Shown here: positions 43,346 to 53,073 of the stretch, piece by piece
Position numbering within the stretch: the first letter of the stretch is position 1
Layout: each line of letters begins with the position of its first letter
NCBI GenBank assembly: GCA_934432675.1
Contig: CAKRYT010000004.1
Coordinates: 19,570-83,569, forward strand
Direction of reading: 5' to 3'
DNA length: 64,000 nt
Source of the DNA: an uncultured Eubacteriales bacterium
GTDB taxonomy: Bacteria; Bacillota; Clostridia; Oscillospirales; CAG-272
Notes under the pieces: model-generated
What the model was told of the DNA's origin: nothing
The model's input: the letters and a program-made list of their open reading frames with translations, nothing else
Databases searched by the model: none
Translations under genes and position numbers: made by a program

Positions 43346-46300
43346 TTATTCCGTTACGCCGGGGGTTGCGGGTGTCGTTGTCTTGCCGTAGTCCCAGACA
43401 ATGGTAGCCTGGCAGTTGCCGTCCCAGCCGCTGCGCAGAGCATGATGCCATGTAGCGGCTGCCGCCTTCGATGCCTTGAAGCGGATGGTCTGTTCCGCGG
43501 TCCAATCGCCGAATGCCAGCGAACGGATAGCCGTCACGTTCTCGGGAATTTCAATCACGGAGAGAGAGGTACATCCGTTGAATGCCTTGTTGTCGATGGT
43601 CGTAAGCGTATCGGGCAGGGTCACGGATTTCAGAGAGATACAGCCGGCAAAGGTCCAACTGTTCAACTGAACGAATCCCTCTTCAAACACTGCCGTTTCG
43701 AGTGCCAGGCAGTTCTCGAACATGGAGGTCGCGCCCACGGTGATGGAGCCGGGGACCGTGATGCTCGTGAGGCCGGAGCCCTTGAACGCCGTCGAACCGA
43801 CGCTCGTCACGGTTTCGGGAATGACCAGGGAGGTCAGGCTCGTGCAGTTCAGGAACGCGGAGGTCGGAATCGCCTTGACAGACCCGCCGAGAGACACTCT
43901 CGCAAGGCTCGCGCAACCGTTAAAGATGCTCGTGCCGAGCGCGAGGTCGCCCTCCACGGTAGGCAACGTGATCATAAGCAGGCCGGAGTCGCTGAACGCC
44001 GTATCACCGATGTCGGTCAACTTCGAGCCCTTTGCGAAGGTGACGGTCGCGAGTGCTGTGCAGCCCTTGAACGCACTTTTACCGATGGTCTCGACGGACG
44101 CGGGGATTTCGATGGAGGTCAGAGCCGCGTTCAGGAATGCTTCCTTACCGATCGAGGTCAGCGCGGCTTTGTCGCCGAAGGTCACCGTTGCAAGTGCCGT
44201 GCAGTCCTTGAAGGCACTTTCACCGATATCTGCCTGCGCCCCTGCCGGGAAGGCAAAGTTTGCAAGCGCGGTGCAACCGTTGAAAGCACTGGTACCGATG
44301 GTGGTAACCGAAGCGGGGATGGTGACACTGGTGAGTGCCGTACAGCCCTTGAATGCCGAGCTGTTGATGTACTCGACACCATCCGAGAGGATGACCGTCG
44401 TCAGTGCCGTGCAGTTCTGGAACGTATAGCCTGCACCCGTCGAGGAGGTCTCGTCGGAACTGTAAAGTGCTTTCAGCGTGCCGGGGATCGTGATGCTCGT
44501 GAGGCCGGAGCCCGAGAAGACATACGCACCCATCGACTTCACGGTCGTGGGGATCGTGAAACTCGTCAGCGACGTGCAGTCGCGGAACGCGGAGCTGTTC
44601 AGTTCGGTAATGGCACCGAGGAAAGTGACGGAAGTCAGTTTTTCGCAACCGTAGAAAGTCCAGGACGCCTCATAAGGCCGATAAAGGTTGGTCACACCCG
44701 CAGGGAGTGTGATGGCCGTCAGCCCGCTGCCGGCAAACGCGTACTCGCCGAGCGTCGTGAGTTGCGAGCCATCTGCGAAGGTGATGGACGCGAGCGAAGT
44801 GCAATCTTCAAATGCGTTGTCGCCGATTTCGGTGACGCTCGCCGGAATGGTGATGGATTTCAGCTTGGAGCCGCTGAACGCACTCGCACCGATCTTCGTC
44901 AGCGTGGACGGGAGCGTAATCGACTCGATGCCGGCACCGAAGAATGTTTCATCCGGGATCTCGGTCAACCCCTCGGGGAGTGTGAGCGATTTCAGGATGT
45001 TCACGCCGTTCAGGGCCCACGCGCCGAGGTTGGCGGCGGCGGGCAGCGTCGCGGCCGCCCCCTCCGTCAGTTTGCCGGGCATGGCAATGATGGTGGGCAG
45101 ATCGTCCTTCGTCGCGGCGGACTTCATGAGCAACGTCTCGTTCTCGGTAATGGCGAACGTCTCGAACGTCGTATTCCCTTCCGCAACGGTGAACTTGGTG
45201 AGTTGACGGCACCCGCCGAAGGCGTTGTCGCCGATGGACGTGCAGTTCTTCGGAATGGTAATCGAGGTCAGTCCGCTGTTGAGGAACGCGTTTGCGGCGA
45301 TAGACGTCACCGTGTCGGGGAGCGTAATCACGCCGAGTGCGGAGCAACCGCGGAACGCACCGTCATCGATGGTCGTGATGCAGTTTGCCGTCACGGTCGC
45401 GAGGCTCTCACAGCCGTTGAAAGTACGCTTCGGGAGAGACGTGACCTGATCCGGCAGCGTCACCGACGTCAGCGCGGAGCAACCTTCAAAGACATACCTG
45501 CCCAGTGTCAGTGTCTTGTCCCTGTTCTCAAACGTCAGCGTTGCAAGGTCCTTACAGCCGAGGAAGGTATAATCGCTGAGTTTGTTCACTCTTGCGGGAA
45601 CTTCAAAGGCGGTCAGACCGGCGTTCTGGAAAGCCTTGGTGCCGATCGTCAGCGCAGCAGTACCCTTGGCGAACGTTGCGGTGGCGAGTTTCTCGCAACC
45701 GTCAAAGCAACTGTTGCCGATCTTTGTGACCGTCGACGGGATATTGATGGCCGTCAGTTCCGCACAATACTGGAACGCATAGTTGCCAATCGTGGTTACC
45801 TTCTCCGGGAGAGTGACGGTAGCCAGTTTAATACAGCTCTCAAACGCGCTGTTACCGATGGTGATATTCGCGGTTCTCGCCGCAAAGGTCACGGTGGTCA
45901 GGTTTTCACACGCCTTGAATGCACTGCTGCCGATCGAAGAAACGTTGGCGGGGATCTCGACAGAGGTCAATGCGGTTTTCGTGAATGCAGAGCTACCGAT
46001 GGTCATCTTACCGGTGCCGCCTGCAAAGGTGACGGAAGCAAGTTTCTCGCAACCGTCAAAGCAGTAGTCACCGATCTGTGTGAGGCCGGACGGGAAGGAG
46101 ACGGACGTCAGCTCCGTGCAGCCCTGGAAGACGTAACCGCCGAGCTTCTGGATGCCGGCAAAGGTCACGGACTTCAAACTCTTGCAGTTGAGGAACTGCT
46201 TGGCTCTCGAAGACGCGGTTGCAGTAGTCCCGGTGCCAAGTAGCTTGACGCCCTTCGGGATGTCGATGCTCTCGATGCCGGATCCCTCAAAGCAATTGGT

Positions 46301-49300
46301 CAGGATGGTGTCCAGAGCCGAGTCGGCACCGAAGGTAACGGATTTGAGATTGATGCAGTCCTTGAACATCGAGCCACCGAGCGTTTTCACACTGTCCGGG
46401 ATGGCCATGGTGGTCAGCGCGGTGCAATTCTGGAATACGGTAGAACCGAACGTCGTGAGCCCGGAGGGGAACGTCACGGAGGTCAGGCTCGTGCAGTCCT
46501 TGAAGGTGCTGTTCGGCATGGTCTGCATCGTATTCTCGAAGACGACGGTGGTCAGGCTCTTGCAGGAATCGAACACCTGGTAACCGAACGAGGTCACGGA
46601 TTTCGGAACGGTGAACGACGTGTACGGCTGGTACTGGAAAGCATTGTTGCCGATAGTAGTGAGTGCCGTGTTGCCCTCCTGCGTCTTGGCGAAGGTTACG
46701 CTTTCGAGGAAGCCGGCGTCACTGGCGGAGGCACCCAGAAATGCCTTCTCGCCGATCGTCGTCACGGTAGACGGGATGGTCACGGAAGTAAGACCCGCCT
46801 GGGCAAAGGCACTCTTGCCGATGGTCAAGAGCCCCTCGGGGAGCGTGATCGACGTCAGCTTGTGAGCGGCACTGAACGTGCTGTCGGGAATTGCCGTCAG
46901 GTTACCGGGCAACGTCACGTTACGCAGTTCATAGCAGTTCTGGAAGACACCGGTGCCGAACTTCTCGACGTTGAGCTGGCTGGGTTTTTCCTTGGTGTGC
47001 TCAAATACAATCTCTTCGAGGAGCGCGCAACCGGCGAAGGCGTTGTTACCGATTTCCTTGACGCTGGCGGGAATGATGAGTTTAGTGAGTGCAATCTGAT
47101 TTTCGAAGACGTTGGCACCGATCAACTCGATGGTGCTGCCCACCCTGAATTCCCCGACGATCAGACCGGAGACATACTGGTAAGCGGTCTTCTGTTTGTT
47201 GTAGAGGATCGGGTCGCCCTCCACGGCAGAGAAATTCTCACTCGCGGGGTCAACGACGAAACCCTTGATGGAGGAGCAGCCGGCAAACGTACCTTCAATT
47301 TTGCCGACCGACTTCGAGAGGGTGACGGTCGTAAGTTCTTTGCAGCCGTTAAATAGTTTTTGACCCAGTGTGAGATCGCCGCTCTTCAACGTTGGGAACG
47401 CGAAGGAAGTCAGGGCGGTGTTTGCAAACGCGCTGTCGCCGATGTTCGCTACCTTGGAGTATGCGGGCGCGCCCTCCGCATCGCTTTCGGGGGCGGTCGC
47501 AAAGGTCACGGATGCGAGGCTGGTGCACTCGCTGAACGCACTTGCACCGATACTCGTCGCACTTGCCGGGATGGTGATGGAAGTCAGACTCGTGCAGGAA
47601 CCGAACATATTGGATCCGATGGCGGTCGTGCCTTCGGGGAGGGTAATGCTCGTCAGTGCCTCACAGGATTTGAAGACATAGGTGCCGAAAACGATGTCCT
47701 TGGTCGTTGCAAAACTCACAGAAGTCAGGGCACCCGCGGACTGGAAGCAGTTGTTCCCGATGTTACCGACGCCCTCCGGGATGACGATGGAAGTCAGACC
47801 CGAGTACTTAAATGCACTCTGCCCCAGAGAATACGACGCCTTGGCATCCCCCGCGGGGAGCGTGATGCTCGTGAGTTTCCTGCATTCTTCAAACGCACTT
47901 GTACCGATGGCGGTCACTTTCGCGCTGGTGTCTTTGAGGGACGCCGTCGCCGCAAAGGTGACGGAGGTCAGGTTCTTCGCATAGTAGAAAGCGTAGTTGC
48001 CGATCCGCTCGATGGTCGAGGGGAAGGTGACGGTCGTGATCGCGTGGTTGATCTCCGGTCTCGCTTGCGGACCGCCGCCAATCTTAGTCTGACCGCCAAA
48101 TGCGTAGTTACCGAGGACGGTCATACGCTCCGGGAAGTTGACGGTCGTCAGTGACGTACAACCGTTGAACGGCGAGTTTGCAGGAGCACTTGCGTCCTTG
48201 ATGACGAGCGGCACGACCTCGTCGCCCTCACCGGGCGCGGCAAAGGTCAGCGTTTTCAGTTTTTTACAACCGCTGAACGCTTTGTTGCCGATGCTGGTGA
48301 CCGTGCAGGGGATGGTAATCTCCTCCAACTGGTCGCAGAACAGGAACAGGCTGTCGGCGATCTCCGTCAGCCCCTTCGGGAGCGTGACGGAAGTCAGTTT
48401 CTGCGTGCTGGAAAAAGCGTTCTGTTCAATGGTGAATTCCGCACCGGCGGCAATGTCACTGAACCTGACGGCGGTGACGACGTCGTTGTAGAAGAATGCC
48501 CAGCCGCACACCTTGGTGACGGTGCCGGGGACGTTCACCTCGGTAGAGCCGGCCTTATTCTGCGGGCAGTAGAGCAACGACGTCACGACGTATACAGTCG
48601 TCTCGGCACCGTCGCCGTCGGTCGTGGTCTCTGCCGTCTTCTGATAGAGGACGTTGTCGATCGTCCCGTAGTACCGGTTGGTATCCGGGATGGACAGCTT
48701 TTCGAGCGAGAGGCAGCCGATGAACAGCGTGCAGGCGCCCTTATCCTTTTGCGAGGACGATGTGTTGGCAGTCGCGAGCTCGATCTTTTCGAGCGTGGAC
48801 GGGAGCTTCACTTCGGTCAGATCGCGGCAGTACCGGAAGGCTGCCTCGCCGATCTCGGTGAGCCCTTCGGGCAGGGTGATACTCGCGAGGTTGAAACACG
48901 ATTCAAATGTAAATGCTCCGAGGGTTTTGAGACGCGCGGGGAGTTCCACCGCGGTCAGCGTACTGCAACCCTTGAAGGCATACTTGTCGATGGCGAGGTC
49001 TGCCGTGCCGCCCTCCGTAAAGGTGACGTACGTCATCTTGTTACATCCCCGGAACGCGCCTTCCCCGATGCTCGTCACGTTCTTGCCGATGGTGATACCG
49101 GTAAGACCCGTTCTTTCGAGGAACGCGTTGGCACCGATTTCGGTCACCGTCTCGGGCAACGTATAATCGCCGGCGCGTTCGATCGGGTAGAACGCCACTT
49201 TGGTGACCCCTTTATCGAACAGAACGCCGTCCACGGCGGTGTAGTCCTCGTTTTCTTCGGCAACGTCAATGCTTTGAAGTTTCTTGCCGAGCACGCCGGG

Positions 49301-52300
49301 AATATCGAAGTACAGGGCCTTTGCACCGATGTACGCGTCGACGACGTACGAGGTCCCGTTCGTCGAGGCGAATGCGCCGTTGGCGAGTTCCACCTTGATC
49401 GGCGGATCGAGTTTCGATTTGTCCGTCGTGTTGACCGTGACGTGGGTCAGTTTGCTCGTATTGCCGAAAGCGTTGACTTCCAGCTTGACGAGTCGGGTCG
49501 GGAGCGTAACGGATTCGAGGCCGGAGCATCCGTAGAATGCCGCCTCACAGATGGTGAGGGGCTGCCCTTCCGGATCTTCCATGTCGACCTCGGTCACGCT
49601 GCTGTTACCCTTGAAAGCGTTTTTGCTGATGGTCGTCACATAGCCGGGGATCACGACCTTCGTGAGGCTCGTGCACCCGGAGAATGCCTCTTCGCCGATC
49701 ACCTCGACGCCGGAGGGGATCGTGAAAGTGCCCGTCATGCCCTGCGGGCAGAAAATGAGTGTCGTGCCGTCCGCGGAGCAGAGGACCTTTCTGCCGTCCT
49801 CGCCCTTGGCGGTATAGAGACCGCCCTCGCCGCGGATGTCGACGGAAGTCAGTGCCGAGCAATCCACGACCTTCTGCGCCGTGAATTCCGTCACGCGTGC
49901 CGGGATGGTGAGCGACGTCAGTGCGCTGCATCCGTTGAACGCCTTATCCTCGATGGTGAGCGGAACGCTCTTCTCGCCCTCCGGCGTATCCAGGAACTTG
50001 ACGGCCAGGAGGCTCTTACTGTTGATGGCGTTGGTGCCGATCAGGGACACCGTGTACGGGATCTGGATCTCATACGCCTTGGTGTTCTTGAAGACGCCGG
50101 CAGAGATGGTATCGGTCCCCTCTGCCACCTTGATGACACCCGTCTTGTTGTACGGGCAGTATCTGACGTCCCTGACACCGAACTCGTTGCAATACAGGAT
50201 GCCGTCCACCGAATAATACTTCGGCTCGATGGCGTCCGCATCGTAGATGTTGACGGCTTTGAGCTTGTAGCAGCTCTGGAAGCAGGAGGAAGCACCGCTC
50301 GTACCGTCGATACCGGTATTGATGACCTCGATGGTGTTCGGGATATTGATGGTCACAAGCGTCCCGCAGGAAGCAAATGCGCCGCTCGCGATGGTGGTAA
50401 CGGGCTTACCGTTGTAGGTGGCGGGAATGGTGATCTCGGTCAGGTTACCGATACCGTACGGGCCCTTGGAGACGGAGTACGCCGTGTCACCGTCGATGAG
50501 TTTGTAGGACAGCATCTCCGCATAGTACGCGTAGAGCGTCACGTTTTCCTTGGTGTTGTTCCACTTGAACAGGGCTTCGCCCTTATCGTCAAAGTAGCGG
50601 ATCCCGGCACCGTTCGGCTCGGAGAACCAACCGACGAAGGTCCTCGTCGCATCCGTGCAGGTCGCCGTAATGATCGTATTGTGTTTCCCGTAGGTAACGG
50701 TCACTGTATCCTTCTCCACCGTGCCGAGATCCCCGGGATTCAGGGTGACGTTGAATTTCTTGGCGATCCAGGCCGCGTAAAGCACCAGGTCTTCGCCGTC
50801 GCAGACCGTCTCGGTGTATTCTTTACCGCTGACGAGACCGTTCGGCGACAGGAACCAGCCGGCGAAGTCATAGCCCTCGCGGGTGGTGGCAGGCAGAACG
50901 ATACGGTCGCCCTTTGCCCGATAGAGGCTGGTGACTGCCGTACCGCCGCGGACATCCAGCAGGATCTCTGCGACCTCCACCGTGATGGAGACCCGGTCGG
51001 AACGCTCGCCCTGCTCGGTCTCGGAGCAGACGGAGATCTTGACCTCCCCGCTCTCCGTGAAGGAAATGGGCGCAAAGGCAGCGGTGGCCGGGACGACGAT
51101 TTCATTCGTCGAGTCACCGATCGTGATGATGTACTTTTCCGCATTCAGTACCGGCGTCCAGTAGAGGTAACCGTTGCGGTAACTGACCTCGGTGATCGCC
51201 GCGTTGTGCAGCGTGACCGTCTCCGACACGGGCGAATTGGCCTGTGCTTCCTCGGCGATTGCCTGTACGGTGATCTCATAGGTATCGGTATTGTCGGAAA
51301 GGACGTCTTTGCCCATCACAAAGGAATTCTCCGTGACGGTGTATTCGGTACCGTTGACGGTCACCTTGTAGCTGACCGCGCCGGGCACCTTGTTCCAGAC
51401 CACGGTGGTACCGTTCAGGGTTACACCGCTCGGGCGTGCGAGCACCGTCTTGTTGAAGGACACTGCCTCGGAGGCCTCGGCATAGTACCCGGTGCAGACG
51501 GGCGTCACCTTGACGTACAGCGTGCCGGCATCCCGGTCGGTGAGGTCGTAGGAGGTCCCGCTCATCACGGTGTAATCCGTGTAGTTCACGCCGTCCTTCG
51601 AGAGGCTGACGACGTACCACGCGGCATTCGTGACGGGGTTCCAGGTGATCTTCGTGTCGTCCGCCGCGACACCGGTGACGGTGTCCAGGGAACGGTAGTA
51701 GGTAAAGGTGCTGACCGAGTCAAGATACCCGTTTGCCTTTGCCGTAACGACGAAACGGATACCGTCCTTCGGCATCGCGCAGTTGGCGAAATTGAAGTTC
51801 GTCGAGTTGCCGTTATTCTCGGAGAGATGGTTATGGTTGTTGCTGCCGCAGATGACGGAGATCACGTAGTTCTCCGCATTCTTCACCGGATCAAACACCA
51901 GAAGACCGGAAGCAACCACCTTGAAACCGCCGACGCGGTCCAGACCCTTGTTGCGGTAGTAGGCGGTCGCCGCCTTGCCGTCAACGGTCACGGTGACGGT
52001 GTAGTCGCCTGCCGCCTGCTTCGTGAAGTCAAAATCATAGTGGGCAGCGGTGGCTTTGGCATTCGAGAGAACTTCCGTGTCGCCGCACTTAATCGTCACG
52101 GAGTAGGCGACGTTGGTGCCGACGGAGTTCCAGTCGATGCTGTTCCCGTTCACGGAAACAGAAGGTGCGCCGTCCGCATTTGCATAGACTGCGTAGAGGG
52201 TAACGTCCTGCGTGAGCACCTGACCGGTGTACTGCTGCGTCAGTTTGTCCGCATTCTCGTAGTCACTCATCCACCAGCCGACGAATGCCGCGCCGTCCTT

Positions 52301-53014
52301 AGCCGCGGGGGTCGGGAGGTTATACAACACGCCGTTCACGGTCTTCACGGGGGCATAGGTCTCCCCGCCGCCGACGAAGGAGGCAGTATACTTGATATAG
52401 TCGTTGGTCCGCTCCACGAAACGCGCGTACACCGTGGTATTCTGGGTGATACCCGTGCTGTCAAACGCGAACGCCTTGGTGTACGTCTTGTCGGTGTACC
52501 AGCCGAGGAAGGCATAGCCGTCCTTCACAGGGTCTGCCGGTTTGGACACGCACGCGCCGTTCTTGACCGTTTTGGATGCGGTTTCGCTCCCGCCGTCCAC
52601 ATCGAAGGAGACGGTGAAAGTGGTCTTTTTCAGCATCCGATAGGTGCCGCCGTTGTATGTAAGCGTCAGAACGTCGTTCTCGATTTTGGCGGAGGCATTG
52701 GTGGTATCGCCCTCCTCGAACGTGAGCGTCAGAACGCCGTTCTCGTAGGTGAAAGTACCACGCTGTACTCCGTTCAGACCGGAAATGATGAAAGTATTGT
52801 GCTTGATGCTGAACAAATACTCCTCGTCGTCTTCGGTCATGAAGAAATCGTAGTTGATTCCATAGTCGATTTCCGTCTGGGTGCCCGGATCCTTGGTGCC
52901 GGGGTCTTTTTTGTTGCCCCCGTCGTCCTTGTCACATGACACCAACAGGAAGAGTGAAACGCAAAGTGCGATCAGCAGAATGATGCCGACCAGACTCCTC
53001 TTGAAGTGGCTCAT
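43346..53014 (-). CDS. Giant surface lipoprotein (3,222 aa): Flg_new repeats, Fn3-like domains and a roughly 7-kb BspA-type LRR array
   Basis: ATG at 53014 follows GGGAGG (53022-53027).
Lipobox LFLLVSC|DKDDGG (Cys codon 52934-52936).
Flg_new pairs at about 52.15-52.6 kb (GYAFLGWYTDKTY...TVYARF) and about 50.5-51.0 kb (GYDFAGWFLSPNG...LVLYAAW).
Fn3-like modules at about 51.0-52.15 kb (IDWNSV...YSVTIK, ITWNPV...WYVVSL, VVWNKVPGAVSYKVTV).
Continuous LRR units (LTSVTIP..V..IG..AF..C..L) run to within about 45 aa of the C-terminus.
The track start at 53095 was trimmed. Confidence 0.88.
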   Translation of the reverse strand: MSHFKRSLVGIILLIALCVSLFLLVSCDKDDGGNKKDPGTKDPGTQTEIDYGINYDFFMTEDDEEYLFSIKHNTFIISGLNGVQRGTFTYENGVLTLTFEEGDTTNASAKIENDVLTLTYNGGTYRMLKKTTFTVSFDVDGGSETASKTVKNGACVSKPADPVKDGYAFLGWYTDKTYTKAFAFDSTGITQNTTVYARFVERTNDYIKYTASFVGGGETYAPVKTVNGVLYNLPTPAAKDGAAFVGWWMSDYENADKLTQQYTGQVLTQDVTLYAVYANADGAPSVSVNGNSIDWNSVGTNVAYSVTIKCGDTEVLSNAKATAAHYDFDFTKQAAGDYTVTVTVDGKAATAYYRNKGLDRVGGFKVVASGLLVFDPVKNAENYVISVICGSNNHNHLSENNGNSTNFNFANCAMPKDGIRFVVTAKANGYLDSVSTFTYYRSLDTVTGVAADDTKITWNPVTNAAWYVVSLSKDGVNYTDYTVMSGTSYDLTDRDAGTLYVKVTPVCTGYYAEASEAVSFNKTVLARPSGVTLNGTTVVWNKVPGAVSYKVTVNGTEYTVTENSFVMGKDVLSDNTDTYEITVQAIAEEAQANSPVSETVTLHNAAITEVSYRNGYLYWTPVLNAEKYIITIGDSTNEIVVPATAAFAPISFTESGEVKISVCSETEQGERSDRVSITVEVAEILLDVRGGTAVTSLYRAKGDRIVLPATTREGYDFAGWFLSPNGLVSGKEYTETVCDGEDLVLYAAWIAKKFNVTLNPGDLGTVEKDTVTVTYGKHNTIITATCTDATRTFVGWFSEPNGAGIRYFDDKGEALFKWNNTKENVTLYAYYAEMLSYKLIDGDTAYSVSKGPYGIGNLTEITIPATYNGKPVTTIASGAFASCGTLVTINIPNTIEVINTGIDGTSGASSCFQSCYKLKAVNIYDADAIEPKYYSVDGILYCNEFGVRDVRYCPYNKTGVIKVAEGTDTISAGVFKNTKAYEIQIPYTVSLIGTNAINSKSLLAVKFLDTPEGEKSVPLTIEDKAFNGCSALTSLTIPARVTEFTAQKVVDCSALTSVDIRGEGGLYTAKGEDGRKVLCSADGTTLIFCPQGMTGTFTIPSGVEVIGEEAFSGCTSLTKVVIPGYVTTISKNAFKGNSSVTEVDMEDPEGQPLTICEAAFYGCSGLESVTLPTRLVKLEVNAFGNTSKLTHVTVNTTDKSKLDPPIKVELANGAFASTNGTSYVVDAYIGAKALYFDIPGVLGKKLQSIDVAEENEDYTAVDGVLFDKGVTKVAFYPIERAGDYTLPETVTEIGANAFLERTGLTGITIGKNVTSIGEGAFRGCNKMTYVTFTEGGTADLAIDKYAFKGCSTLTAVELPARLKTLGAFTFESCFNLASITLPEGLTEIGEAAFRYCRDLTEVKLPSTLEKIELATANTSSSQKDKGACTLFIGCLSLEKLSIPDTNRYYGTIDNVLYQKTAETTTDGDGAETTVYVVTSLLYCPQNKAGSTEVNVPGTVTKVCGWAFFYNDVVTAVRFSDIAAGAEFTIEQNAFSSTQKLTSVTLPKGLTEIADSLFLFCDQLEEITIPCTVTSIGNKAFSGCKKLKTLTFAAPGEGDEVVPLVIKDASAPANSPFNGCTSLTTVNFPERMTVLGNYAFGGQTKIGGGPQARPEINHAITTVTFPSTIERIGNYAFYYAKNLTSVTFAATASLKDTSAKVTAIGTSAFEECRKLTSITLPAGDAKASYSLGQSAFKYSGLTSIVIPEGVGNIGNNCFQSAGALTSVSFATTKDIVFGTYVFKSCEALTSITLPEGTTAIGSNMFGSCTSLTSITIPASATSIGASAFSECTSLASVTFATAPESDAEGAPAYSKVANIGDSAFANTALTSFAFPTLKSGDLTLGQKLFNGCKELTTVTLSKSVGKIEGTFAGCSSIKGFVVDPASENFSAVEGDPILYNKQKTAYQYVSGLIVGEFRVGSTIELIGANVFENQIALTKLIIPASVKEIGNNAFAGCALLEEIVFEHTKEKPSQLNVEKFGTGVFQNCYELRNVTLPGNLTAIPDSTFSAAHKLTSITLPEGLLTIGKSAFAQAGLTSVTIPSTVTTIGEKAFLGASASDAGFLESVTFAKTQEGNTALTTIGNNAFQYQPYTSFTVPKSVTSFGYQVFDSCKSLTTVVFENTMQTMPNSTFKDCTSLTSVTFPSGLTTFGSTVFQNCTALTTMAIPDSVKTLGGSMFKDCINLKSVTFGADSALDTILTNCFEGSGIESIDIPKGVKLLGTGTTATASSRAKQFLNCKSLKSVTFAGIQKLGGYVFQGCTELTSVSFPSGLTQIGDYCFDGCEKLASVTFAGGTGKMTIGSSAFTKTALTSVEIPANVSSIGSSAFKACENLTTVTFAARTANITIGNSAFESCIKLATVTLPEKVTTIGNYAFQYCAELTAINIPSTVTKIGNSCFDGCEKLATATFAKGTAALTIGTKAFQNAGLTAFEVPARVNKLSDYTFLGCKDLATLTFENRDKTLTLGRYVFEGCSALTSVTLPDQVTSLPKRTFNGCESLATVTANCITTIDDGAFRGCSALGVITLPDTVTSIAANAFLNSGLTSITIPKNCTSIGDNAFGGCRQLTKFTVAEGNTTFETFAITENETLLMKSAATKDDLPTIIAMPGKLTEGAAATLPAAANLGAWALNGVNILKSLTLPEGLTEIPDETFFGAGIESITLPSTLTKIGASAFSGSKLKSITIPASVTEIGDNAFEDCTSLASITFADGSQLTTLGEYAFAGSGLTAITLPAGVTNLYRPYEASWTFYGCEKLTSVTFLGAITELNSSAFRDCTSLTSFTIPTTVKSMGAYVFSGSGLTSITIPGTLKALYSSDETSSTGAGYTFQNCTALTTVILSDGVEYINSSAFKGCTALTSVTIPASVTTIGTSAFNGCTALANFAFPAGAQADIGESAFKDCTALATVTFGDKAALTSIGKEAFLNAALTSIEIPASVETIGKSAFKGCTALATVTFAKGSKLTDIGDTAFSDSGLLMITLPTVEGDLALGTSIFNGCASLARVSLGGSVKAIPTSAFLNCTSLTSLVIPETVTSVGSTAFKGSGLTSITVPGSITVGATSMFENCLALETAVFEEGFVQLNSWTFAGCISLKSVTLPDTLTTIDNKAFNGCTSLSVIEIPENVTAIRSLAFGDWTAEQTIRFKASKAAAATWHHALRSGWDGNCQATIVWDYGKTTTPATPGVTE
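43485..50440 (-). repeat. BspA-type LRR coding array of the giant gene (approximate bounds)
   Basis: The first unit is around ...GNLTEITIPATYNGKPVTTIASGAF (50.40-50.45 kb) and the last is around IPENVTAIRSLAFGDW. That is about 2,300 aa of units of about 23-25 aa, which I roughly estimate at 90-100 units (not counted individually). The DNA copies I compared are diverged rather than identical. Confidence 0.75.
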
Positions 53015-53044
53015 AATTTTCCTCCCACTTAAAAAATATGTTAT

Positions 53045-53073
53045 ATTATCGCACGTATTCACAATAATTGCAA
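53045..53073 (-). promoter_or_regulatory. Sigma-A type promoter of the giant LRR gene
   Basis: On the minus strand: TTGCAA (53073-53068), 17-nt spacer, GATAAT (53050-53045), with TGc extended -10, in an AT-rich island about 30 nt upstream of the start codon. Confidence 0.55.

Noticed and set aside
43289-52939. Plus-strand ORFs 43289..46243 (984 aa) and 48749..52939 (1,396 aa), and many ORFs of 60-260 aa on both strands inside the giant gene.
   Set aside because: They are antisense or out of frame relative to one uninterrupted 9.7-kb frame that has an RBS, a lipobox and regular LRR periodicity. The alternative frames show periodic low-complexity echoes of the repeat, not independent genes.
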